NCBI GenBank assembly: GCA_038231275.1
Contig: JBBRLQ010000004.1
Location: 224,001-288,000, forward strand
Direction of reading: 5' to 3'
DNA from: Polyangiales bacterium
GTDB taxonomy: Bacteria > Myxococcota_A > Polyangia > Polyangiales > Polyangiaceae
DNA length: 64,000 bases
Shown one piece after another: positions 37,392-46,230 of this stretch; position 1 is the first letter of the stretch, and each line of letters starts with the position of its first letter. Below the pieces are notes generated by a model that saw only the letters and a list, made by a program, of their open reading frames with translations, did not search any database and had not been told where the DNA came from. Both the position numbers and the translations under genes were made by a program.

Positions 37392-39563
37392 ATGGTCCGC
37401 CGCGCCGCGCTCGTCCTCGCGCTCGCCGTGGCGTGCACGGGCACGAACGCCCCGCGATCGACCGTCCCCACCACGCCCGCCGCGCCGAAGGTTGCCGCAC
37501 CGTCTCCCACCACGCCCGCGCCCGATCCGCTCACGGTGCGCGACGGCGATCGCATGGTCGAGGTCGCCTGCAACGGACTCGATGACGACGACGACGGCCT
37601 CGTCGACGTGCTCGTCCCCTCCTCCGTCAACGCGTGCCGCACGGATCGTCCGGGGCCGTGCGGCACGGGGCACGCGGCGTGCGTCGCCGGTCTTCGCGCG
37701 TGCATGACGCCGCCGCCGATGCCCGAGGTTCGTGACGGGATCGACAACGACTGCAACGGCGTCGTGGACGACGTGCGGTCCGAGCCGCAGCATCCCCGCG
37801 CGCTCGTCGTCGCGCCGCGCTACGCGTGGACGGACGCGGCGCCCGACGTCGCCAACGTGACCGCGGCGCTCGCCCAGGCCGGAATTCCCTTCGAGAAGCA
37901 GAGCGCCGGCACCGAGTGGGACGCTGCGCTCGCGACGCTCGACGGGTACTCGCTCGCCGTCGTCCCCGGCTACCTCATCGGCGCGACGATCTCCAAGACG
38001 GCGCGGGCCGCGCTCGAGCGCTTCGTCACGCGGGGCGGCGTCTTGGTCGTGTGGAAGCCGCTGGGCAAGCCGGAGCAAATGCAGGCGTGGGATCTCTGCG
38101 GCCTCGCGAGCGGCGTGCGGCGTCGCGACGTTACCGAGCTGCGCGTCGAGGGGGCGTCGGCGCTGACGGTGGATCTCGATCGACCGGAGGAGAGGACGCT
38201 GCGCATCAACGAGAAGCCCGGGCCGAATGGCGTCGAGGTGTGGGCATTCGAGCCGCGTCCGGGAACCGAGGTCCTGCTCCGTGCATACGCGGGCGACAAG
38301 GCGGTGGGGGCCGCGGTGACGCGACGCGCGCTCGGCCGAGGCGCCGTGTACGCGATCGGGCACGACCTCGCGACGTTCGACGCCCCTCGGTGCTACGTGA
38401 ACTGCTTCGAGCCGGCGGGCGACGTGATGCGAATGGCGCTCGAGGGGGTGTTCCGTGAGAGCGCCGCGGGCCACGTCGTCCTCGCGCACACCGCGCCCGG
38501 CGAAGCGTCGTCGGTGCTGCTGGTCACGCACGATCTCGACGCACCCGACGCGCAGAACGCAGGCGAATGGGGGGACCCTGGCGCGATCCAGGCGGCGCAC
38601 GTTCTCCGAGGCCACGGCGCGCGGGCGACCTTCAACGTGACGACCGACGCCCGCGCCGGGACCTTCAACGCCGAGACGCTGAAGCAGCTCTGCGCGCTGG
38701 GCATGTGCCCCCTCGGCGCGCGTGGGGTCGGGCGACCCTCGACCTTCGCGACGCTCCCGATGGGGACATGCAACGAGACGCGCGCGACGTACGGCGCCGC
38801 AGCAACGCTCTGCGGCGAGGTCCGCGTCTCCCTGCAGCTCCTCGCCGAGGTCACGGGCGAACGGCCACGCGTGTGGCGCTCCCCCTTCCTCGCGATCCAT
38901 CCGAAGCAGTACGACGTTCTCGCGCAAGCAGGCGTCCTCTACGACTCGGGACACGCCGTTGGTGACCTGCCGCACAACCTGCCGCTCGATCTCGCGGCGG
39001 TCGGGGTGCACCAGGACCGGTTCCATCACAGGCCCATCCTCGAATTTCCGATCGCGCTCCAGGACGGGCTCGACGTCGTCGAGGAGGGCAAGCGCCGCCA
39101 CCTCGACCTGGGCGCGTCGAACGAGCACATGTTCGCCTCGCGTTGGGACTACGTGCTCTTGGCGAACGCCGAGAACCGCGCGGTCACCACGCTGTCGTTG
39201 AGGCCGTCGCGCGGGGGAGACGCAGGCGACGACGCGATGAGGGCCAAGATGACGGCGCTCGATCGCATCCTCACGCGCGCCGCGTCGACCGGCGCGGCCG
39301 TCGTCTCGATGGATCGCATGGGAGATTTCTGGCGCGCGCGCCTCGACAGCAGGATCGACGCCACGTGGGAGGGCGCCGCCTACAAGGGGTCGATCCTCGC
39401 GGGAAAGGCCACCGCGCCGGGCGTGACGTTGGAGTTCGGCGACGAGATCGCCGCGTTCTCGTGCCCGGAGTGCCGGGGTGACGCGCGCGTCGTCGGCAAG
39501 CGCGTCGTCCTCCCGCCCCTCGAGGCGGGCCGACGCGTCGAGTTCACGGCACGGACGCGGTAG
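37392..39563 (+). CDS. Paralogous deacetylase-like lipoprotein with degenerate active site
   Basis: Colinear with its divergent neighbour (RCYVNCFEP, HDLDAPDAQ, LGMCPLGA, LCGE.RVS) but HSVRH is replaced by RGVGR and LLHP by SLRP. Confidence 0.8.
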   Translation: MVRRAALVLALAVACTGTNAPRSTVPTTPAAPKVAAPSPTTPAPDPLTVRDGDRMVEVACNGLDDDDDGLVDVLVPSSVNACRTDRPGPCGTGHAACVAGLRACMTPPPMPEVRDGIDNDCNGVVDDVRSEPQHPRALVVAPRYAWTDAAPDVANVTAALAQAGIPFEKQSAGTEWDAALATLDGYSLAVVPGYLIGATISKTARAALERFVTRGGVLVVWKPLGKPEQMQAWDLCGLASGVRRRDVTELRVEGASALTVDLDRPEERTLRINEKPGPNGVEVWAFEPRPGTEVLLRAYAGDKAVGAAVTRRALGRGAVYAIGHDLATFDAPRCYVNCFEPAGDVMRMALEGVFRESAAGHVVLAHTAPGEASSVLLVTHDLDAPDAQNAGEWGDPGAIQAAHVLRGHGARATFNVTTDARAGTFNAETLKQLCALGMCPLGARGVGRPSTFATLPMGTCNETRATYGAAATLCGEVRVSLQLLAEVTGERPRVWRSPFLAIHPKQYDVLAQAGVLYDSGHAVGDLPHNLPLDLAAVGVHQDRFHHRPILEFPIALQDGLDVVEEGKRRHLDLGASNEHMFASRWDYVLLANAENRAVTTLSLRPSRGGDAGDDAMRAKMTALDRILTRAASTGAAVVSMDRMGDFWRARLDSRIDATWEGAAYKGSILAGKATAPGVTLEFGDEIAAFSCPECRGDARVVGKRVVLPPLEAGRRVEFTARTR

Positions 39564-40806
39564 CCCAGAGCGTCGAGCGATCCCTCGGGCGGGCGAGCTC
39601 GAAGCGCACGAGCTCGACCCAGGCGGTCCCTGCGATGCTCGGGCCGGTGTCGAAGAGGTACGGGACCTCGAGCGTCGCGGTGGGCAGCGCTCCCTGCGCG
39701 TCGCGAAGCGGCTCGAGCGCGTCGAGGATCGCGGCGGCGCGCTCTGCGTGCCCGAGGCGCCACGCGGCAAGCGCGACGCCGGCGCTCCCCTCTGGCCACA
39801 CCGCCTCGAGGTGCTCCCAGGTCTGCGCCGGGAGGCTGCGCGAGAAGCGCGCCATGAGCAGCGTGTCCTCCAGGACCGGACCGCGTGCTTGTGCGCGGTG
39901 CCCGCTCACGGCCAGACGCGCGAAGCGCGTGGCGTACTCCTCGTCTGCCGAACGGTACGCGACCTCGGCACGCTTCGCGTCGCCGTTCGCGACGAGGAAG
40001 AGCGCGCCCCACGACGCGCAGTCGAGCGCGCGGAGATCGTCGCGCTCGCCGCCAGGGCCGGCGCCGCGCGCGAGCTGGCCGAGGTCTGCCCGCCACGCGC
40101 GCGTGAGGCCCTCGGCGATGCGAACCGCCCCCCGCGCGTACGCGTCGGTGCCGGTCACCCGCGCCAATGCGCGGAGAAAGAAGTACGCGTCGATGTTGTG
40201 CTCCGTCGACACCCACGCGATCGGACCGACGCGCAGACGCTCCGTCACTCGGCCACCGTCGAGCTCATAGACGAGGACGCCGGAGCCACCGGTCACGAGG
40301 CCGTCGCGCGCGTCTCCCGCCACGTCGACCTGCCGCGATAAGAGGTAGCTCGCCGCGCGGTGGGCGAGGCGGAGGGCGTCCGCGCGTGCATCGCCGCCTG
40401 GCTCCGCGTCGAGATATTCGGTCGCGGCATAGCCGACCCACGCGACCGCGCCCGCGCGGACGTAGGCGCGCGCGGACTCGACGTCGCCTCCCGCGAACGA
40501 GAACGGCAGCGCGCCGTCCTCACCTTGCAGCGACGCGAGGCCGCGCAGTACGCTCCCGGCGCGCCCGCGCTGCCCGTGCCGCAGGAGAACGAGGGCTACG
40601 AGCGCGCTGTCGTAGACGGCGAAGCGCTGGCGCGTCGCATCCGTCAGCGCGAGCTCGCCAGATCCACGCGGCGACGAACGGAGCGTGCGTACGAGGTACT
40701 CCGTCGGCGTCGACGTCACGAGCGCGGGCGCGCGCGGGCGCGATGGCTCGGTGGTCGCGCCGCACGCGAGGAGAAGCGACAGCCCGAGGGCCGCCGCGCG
40801 GCTCAT
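39544..40806 (-). CDS. Six-hairpin (alpha/alpha)6 glycosidase-like lipoprotein
   Basis: Start re-assigned to 40806 (ATGA overlap); lipobox LLA-C; YDSAL, GAVAW, STEHNIDAY, LDCASWG, VWPEGSA, SIAGTAW. Confidence 0.6.
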   Translation of the reverse strand: MSRAAALGLSLLLACGATTEPSRPRAPALVTSTPTEYLVRTLRSSPRGSGELALTDATRQRFAVYDSALVALVLLRHGQRGRAGSVLRGLASLQGEDGALPFSFAGGDVESARAYVRAGAVAWVGYAATEYLDAEPGGDARADALRLAHRAASYLLSRQVDVAGDARDGLVTGGSGVLVYELDGGRVTERLRVGPIAWVSTEHNIDAYFFLRALARVTGTDAYARGAVRIAEGLTRAWRADLGQLARGAGPGGERDDLRALDCASWGALFLVANGDAKRAEVAYRSADEEYATRFARLAVSGHRAQARGPVLEDTLLMARFSRSLPAQTWEHLEAVWPEGSAGVALAAWRLGHAERAAAILDALEPLRDAQGALPTATLEVPYLFDTGPSIAGTAWVELVRFELARPRDRSTLWATASVP

Positions 40807-43800
40807 CGTACGGTCCGGAGCATCGAGCGGCGCGCCGCGTCGCGGACCCCGGAGTCTGGATCGCTCAGGAGCTGGTTCAGGCGCGCGCGCACCGCTGCGT
40901 CGTCTACCGACGCGAGTACCGAGACGGCGGCGGTCCGCACGTCCGGCGATGGATCGGCGAGCGCAGGGGCGACGTGCACATGAAAGCCTGGCGCGGCGAG
41001 CGCGCCGAGCGCGACCACCGTGACGCGCCGTGACGCGGGATCGGCGCCCGACGTGAGGTGCTGCGCCAGGCGCGCCGATGCCGCCGACGCGCGCGGCTCT
41101 GCGCGTAGGGCGATCCGCGTCTCCAGCGTCGCGTGACCCCACGCGCGTCCGAACGCCGCGAGCCCCTTGGCGTCCGCCTTCCCGACGAGCGACGCGAGCG
41201 CGGCGGCGCGCACGGTGGGCGACGCGTCCTCCAGCATCGCCTCGAGCACACCCATGGCGGCGTCCGTCAGCGGGCCGCTCGCCCGATCGATCGCGGCGGC
41301 CGCGCGCGCGCGCACCGCCGCCGACGGGTCTCGCCGCAGCGGCGCGGTCCGGACCAGCGCGTCGTTCGTCCATGCCATCGCGTCGAGCACCGCCGCGCGC
41401 ACGTCCTCGCTGGGATCCTGCGCCATCTCGTCGACCAGCGCGGCCGCGTCGGGGGTCGCCAGCGCCCCGACCGCGCGCACCGTCGCCGCACGAACCGACG
41501 CTGCCGTCGAACGCGCCAGCTCGCGCAGGAGCGGCAGTGTCTGCGGATGCGCCATCCGCCCCAGCACGCGGACCGCCGGGGTCAGGAGCTCCGGCACGTC
41601 GACGCCCATCATCGAGTCGACGAACGGGCCCGGATCGTCGCGGTGCATCTCCGCGAGGGCGTGCTCCACGACCTCTTGCACCTCGGGCGCCCCGGCGCCG
41701 AGCCGCCTCGCGAGCGCCACCGCGACGTCTGGCTCCCTCCGCTCCACGAGCGCGCGCGCAGCGAGGACGGCGACCTCGGGGTTCGGATCGGCCACCGCGC
41801 GCGCGAGCGCCTTGCGCGCGAGGGCCTCATCGACCCGCGTGCGGAGCGCCTCGGCCGCGTGGAGCCTCACCGCGTCGCTCGGATCGCCCGCGAGCGCGAT
41901 CGCGAGGGCGTCCAGGCCGCGATCGGTCCGGAGGCGTCGCAACGCGGCGACCGCGACCTTGCGTGACTCGACCTCGAGGCTCGTCCGAAGCACATGCTCG
42001 TACTGCTCCGCGAGCGCCGCGGCGTTGCGCGGCGACTCGTTACCTGCGCCGGGATCCTCGATGCGGAGCATCGCGAAGAACGCTGCCCGCACAGGAGGAT
42101 CCTCACGCTCCAAAAATGCGAGGGTCTCCGCGAGGACGCCGTCGACCGCGATGGCGTCGAGCACACGGGCCAGCGAGGCTTCGGTCCCGACGAGCGCGGA
42201 GGCGACGAGGTGCGCCGCGCGGGATGCGCGCGCGCCGAGCTCGCGCACGCGCGCATCTACCGTCTCCTTGCCCATGCGCGCGAGCGCCACCAACGCGCGG
42301 TTTCGCACGAAGGCGTCGGGATCCGTCACGCGCGCCGCGAGGATGTCGAGCACGCGTTCGTCCCTCTCGCCGCGCGCGAGCGCGTTCACCACCGCGGCGC
42401 GGACGCGACCGTCGGGATCCTCGGTGACGCCGCGGAGGGCCGTGACGGCGGCCGGCGCAGAGATCTTCCCAAGCGCACCCGCCGCGGACGCGCGCAGCGA
42501 CGCGTCCTCGGACACCAAGAAGCGCGCGAGCGTCGGCACCGCGCGAGGATCCCCTGTCTTGCCGAGGGTCCACGTGATGCCGAGACGGACGTCGATCGAC
42601 GCGCTCCTCTCCAGCTCGTCGAGGCGCGCGAAGAGCAGCTCCTGCGCGCCGCGTGAGAGCGCCTCGGCGATGCGATCGCGCACTTCGGGGAGCGCGCCGC
42701 CGAGCGCGCGCAAGAGGCCCTCGAACGCCTCCGTGCTCGTCGCCGATCCGAGCGCCGTCACCGACGCCATTCGGACCTCGATGGAAGCGTCGGTGAGGCA
42801 CCCGACGAGCGCCTGCACGGTCCCCTCCCCCGCCCGACCGCCCAGGCCGGTGACCGCCCGCAGGCGCACGGTGTCGCTGGGGTCGGTCGACGCGCGGACG
42901 AGCAGGCCGTCGCCCGGCGCGCCGTCGATACGCGAGGCCAAGGTCACGACGTGCATCCGCGTAGGCACGCTGCCGTTCTCGTACGCGGCAAGGAGCGCGT
43001 CGGTGAACGGCGCCAGATCGCCGGCGGAGAGATTCGTCAGCGCTTCCACGGCCGCCTCCCTCACCGGCTCCTCGTCGTCGCGCAGACGTCCCACGAGCGC
43101 AGACGCCGACGCCGCGTCCGCGAGCTTCCCGAGCGCCTCGCAGACCGCCGCGCGCACCGGCCACGATTCGTCGAGGGCCGCGCCGAGGAGCAGCGGTCCG
43201 ACGCGCGCCGCGCGCAGCTCCCCGCACGCCCTCGCGGCCACCGCCCGGACCTCGAACCGTGCATGATGCAGGTACGACGCGACGCTGTCGACGAGGCCCA
43301 CGCGCCCGAGCTCCAGCAGGGCCGCCTCCGCGCGTTGCCGGACGTCGTGCGCCTCCGCCGTGAGCTCCCCGATGACCCGATCGAGGTACCCCACGCGCTC
43401 CAGCGCGAGCCCCGCGCGCCTCCGCACCTCCGCGTTCGGATCGCGCAGCGCCGCTTCGAGGGGCGACGTGTCGTGGATCCGCATCGTCTCGAACGCCTCG
43501 AGGGCGCGCAGGCGCGTCCCGTAGTCCGGGTCGGCGAGCGCGGCGATGAGCACGTCGATCGCGCGCTCCCCTTCGATCCGCGCGACCGCCGCCGCGGCGT
43601 GCGCGCGCACTTGCGGGGCTGGATCGCGGAGCGTCGCGCGCACGAGCGGCTGGAGGGCACGCCCATCGCCGATGGCCTCGAGCGCCTCGGCGGCAGCCAT
43701 TCGCAGCAAATCGTCGCGATCGTAGAGGCGCGCGACGAGATCGTCCGTCGCGCGGGCGTCGCCGATGCGGCCTAGAACACGCGCAGCCCACACGCGCGCC

Positions 43801-44438
43801 GGCGGGTGCGACGGAGCCACGAGCAACTCGAGGAGGGCCGGCACAGCCAGCGCACCGAACGCGACGAGCGCCTCCGCGACATTGCGCGACGAGCGCTCGT
43901 CGTTCCTCTCCAGCTCGCTCACGAGGAGCGGGATCGCGCTCGCGTCGCGCAAGCGCGCCAGCGCCGCCGCCGCCGCCACTTTGACCGACGCGTCGTCCTC
44001 GTGACGATCGCGGAGCGCGGCGACCAGCGCGGCGACCGCCGACGACGCCGCCGCGAGGCCGAGGATCTCCGCCGCGTGCGTGCGCTCGCTCCATTTGGAC
44101 GCCTCGCGAACGCGCACGGAGTACACCTCGACCAGCCCGAGCTCCGAGAAGAGCCGGCCACCCCACGCGCGCGCGGCGAGGTCGTCGCCGCGGAGGAGCA
44201 TGAGCACGGCGCGCTCGAGCGTGAGCACGTCGAAGCGTTCTTTGAGCGTCGCCATGAGCGGACCGATCGGCGCATCCCGAGCGTCCCCCAGCTGCCGCTG
44301 CGCCTCGGTCACCGCCGCGAGAGCGCGTCGCGCCCACGCGCGCCGGAGCACCTCGCGTATCAGCACCCACACCGCGGGCACGACCGTCGCGACCACGAGG
44401 GCGACGGTCATGACGAGCGCCCAAGGCAGCGTGCTCAC
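40803..44438 (-). CDS. 1211-aa HEAT/PBS-lyase repeat protein with N-terminal TM helix
   Basis: N-terminal hydrophobic segment followed by roughly 30 L.D.D..VR..A..ALG-type repeats. Confidence 0.9.
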   Translation of the reverse strand: MSTLPWALVMTVALVVATVVPAVWVLIREVLRRAWARRALAAVTEAQRQLGDARDAPIGPLMATLKERFDVLTLERAVLMLLRGDDLAARAWGGRLFSELGLVEVYSVRVREASKWSERTHAAEILGLAAASSAVAALVAALRDRHEDDASVKVAAAAALARLRDASAIPLLVSELERNDERSSRNVAEALVAFGALAVPALLELLVAPSHPPARVWAARVLGRIGDARATDDLVARLYDRDDLLRMAAAEALEAIGDGRALQPLVRATLRDPAPQVRAHAAAAVARIEGERAIDVLIAALADPDYGTRLRALEAFETMRIHDTSPLEAALRDPNAEVRRRAGLALERVGYLDRVIGELTAEAHDVRQRAEAALLELGRVGLVDSVASYLHHARFEVRAVAARACGELRAARVGPLLLGAALDESWPVRAAVCEALGKLADAASASALVGRLRDDEEPVREAAVEALTNLSAGDLAPFTDALLAAYENGSVPTRMHVVTLASRIDGAPGDGLLVRASTDPSDTVRLRAVTGLGGRAGEGTVQALVGCLTDASIEVRMASVTALGSATSTEAFEGLLRALGGALPEVRDRIAEALSRGAQELLFARLDELERSASIDVRLGITWTLGKTGDPRAVPTLARFLVSEDASLRASAAGALGKISAPAAVTALRGVTEDPDGRVRAAVVNALARGERDERVLDILAARVTDPDAFVRNRALVALARMGKETVDARVRELGARASRAAHLVASALVGTEASLARVLDAIAVDGVLAETLAFLEREDPPVRAAFFAMLRIEDPGAGNESPRNAAALAEQYEHVLRTSLEVESRKVAVAALRRLRTDRGLDALAIALAGDPSDAVRLHAAEALRTRVDEALARKALARAVADPNPEVAVLAARALVERREPDVAVALARRLGAGAPEVQEVVEHALAEMHRDDPGPFVDSMMGVDVPELLTPAVRVLGRMAHPQTLPLLRELARSTAASVRAATVRAVGALATPDAAALVDEMAQDPSEDVRAAVLDAMAWTNDALVRTAPLRRDPSAAVRARAAAAIDRASGPLTDAAMGVLEAMLEDASPTVRAAALASLVGKADAKGLAAFGRAWGHATLETRIALRAEPRASAASARLAQHLTSGADPASRRVTVVALGALAAPGFHVHVAPALADPSPDVRTAAVSVLASVDDAAVRARLNQLLSDPDSGVRDAARRSMLRTVR

Positions 44439-44809
44439 CCGCCCCCGAGGAGCTTCGTGATCGTCTGGACGACGAGCGCAGGATCGGCCGGCTTGTTCAA
44501 GAACTCGCTCGCGCCGGACTGGAATGCCCAGAAGCGATCGGCCGCCTCGGTCTTGCCGGTCAGGATGATGATCGGGATCTTCGGCGCGATGCGCTTGATC
44601 GCTCGACAGGCCTGGTAGCCGTTCAGCTCCGGCATGGTCACGTCGAGGACCACGATGTCCGGCGGGTCGCGCTCGACCGCCGCGATCGCGAGCTCACCGT
44701 CGCGCGCGATCGTGGTGCGATGGCCGAGGGCTTTGAGGCGCACCTCGAGCGGCTCGAGGCCCTTCGGGTGGTCGTCCACGAGGAGCACGTGCGCCGATTT
44801 CACGCTCAT
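44435..44809 (-). CDS. Single-domain response regulator
   Basis: LLVDD, VLDVTMPELNG, LTGK, NKP intact; start re-assigned to 44809 (ATGA overlap). Confidence 0.92.
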   Translation of the reverse strand: MSVKSAHVLLVDDHPKGLEPLEVRLKALGHRTTIARDGELAIAAVERDPPDIVVLDVTMPELNGYQACRAIKRIAPKIPIIILTGKTEAADRFWAFQSGASEFLNKPADPALVVQTITKLLGGG

Positions 44810-46230
44810 CGGCTGCCCCTGGAAGAGGGCGGCGCGCCTGCGCGCTCGGAGATGGGCCCGAGATCGATGACGGGAACGGCGCCGTGCGGGACGATGACGA
44901 CGGCGGCGCACTTCGCCAGCGCTTCCACCACCGAGTCCCGCCGCAGATCGAAGCGCCACCCCGTCCCGTCGTCCCTCTTGTGCAGGGCGTCGACGATTCG
45001 CTGCGCCGCCGCCGCGTCGTCGACGAGGACGAAGCTCCGACCTTCGCGGCTGCGCATGTCGGTCGGTAGCGTGACGACGACCGACGCGCCGGCACCAGGC
45101 GCGTCCTCCACGCGCACGCTTCCTTTGTGCTCGGCCATGATCTCGCGGACGACGGCCAGCCCGATGCCGCTCCCCGGCACGTCGCGATCACGCTCGAGGC
45201 GGGCGCCGCGCACGAAGACGCGCTCGCGCTCCGCGAGGGGGATTCCCGGTCCGGTGTCCTCCACGACGAGCTCGACGTTGCGCCGCGCGTCCGTGCCCTG
45301 ATCGCCGCGCCCTTCGGCGGCGCGGAGGTGCACCGCGACGTGACCGTCCACCGGCGCGAATTTCAAGGCGTTGACGACGAGGTTCGTCACGACCTGCTTG
45401 ATCTTGAGGGGATCGCACCACGCGGTGAGCCCGTCGTCGACGTCGAGCGTCACGGCGATCCGCTTCTGCTCGGCGACGTTGTCGAAGAGGCCGACTGTGC
45501 CACGCACGAGCTCGCCGAGGTTGCACAAAATGCGTCGTGCGGGCCCGCGCGCTCTGCCGTCTCCGCGCGAGGGCGGCGCGTCGGTCGTGGCGCGCACCAC
45601 TCCGGAGAATCGCTCGAGCAGGCTCACGAGATCGTCCGTGGCCTGGAGGATCTGCGCGACGTGCACGCGTTGCTCGTCCTCGAGCGGGCCGACGATCTCG
45701 TCGCGCAAGTTGGCGGCGTAGCCCACGATGATGCCGCAGAGCACACGCGCGTCGTGGGCCATCGACCGCGTCTCGGTGCCGACCGTGTCGAGGCGCGCGC
45801 CGGTCGCCCGCAGACGATCTTCCAGATCGCGCGCGCGCGCCGCCACCCCTGCGGCGTCGCGCCCGCGATCGAGCGCCGCCTGCGTTGCGACGAACAGCTC
45901 GCTGCCCTCGTTCGAAGGAGTCGCGATCGCCGCGGGCCCGAGCGCCGAGACGCGCGACGCGACGACACCGGCGGCCACCGACACCACGAGCGGCAGGCGC
46001 GCCGTCCGCTCGTCGCGCCGGAGCGCCGCCGACAGCGCGAGGAAGCGCTCGGGCTCGTCGCCGGCATCCAGAACGACGGCGTCGATCCCCGGCGCGCTCA
46101 GCGTCGCGAGATCGTCCACGTTGACGACGCAGCTCTCCGCGCTCGCGCCCGCGGCACGCAAGGACTCTGCGCAGCGCTCGGCGGCGATCGCGTCGATCCC
46201 CACGACCACCAGGAGCCCGTCGTCCGTCAT
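44806..46230 (-). CDS. Cytoplasmic histidine kinase with degenerate receiver-like N-terminus
   Basis: H-box MAHDAR, NLVVNALKF, VEDTGPGI, GSGIGLA; no TM helix; start re-assigned to 46230. Confidence 0.88.
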   Translation of the reverse strand: MTDDGLLVVVGIDAIAAERCAESLRAAGASAESCVVNVDDLATLSAPGIDAVVLDAGDEPERFLALSAALRRDERTARLPLVVSVAAGVVASRVSALGPAAIATPSNEGSELFVATQAALDRGRDAAGVAARARDLEDRLRATGARLDTVGTETRSMAHDARVLCGIIVGYAANLRDEIVGPLEDEQRVHVAQILQATDDLVSLLERFSGVVRATTDAPPSRGDGRARGPARRILCNLGELVRGTVGLFDNVAEQKRIAVTLDVDDGLTAWCDPLKIKQVVTNLVVNALKFAPVDGHVAVHLRAAEGRGDQGTDARRNVELVVEDTGPGIPLAERERVFVRGARLERDRDVPGSGIGLAVVREIMAEHKGSVRVEDAPGAGASVVVTLPTDMRSREGRSFVLVDDAAAAQRIVDALHKRDDGTGWRFDLRRDSVVEALAKCAAVVIVPHGAVPVIDLGPISERAGAPPSSRGSR

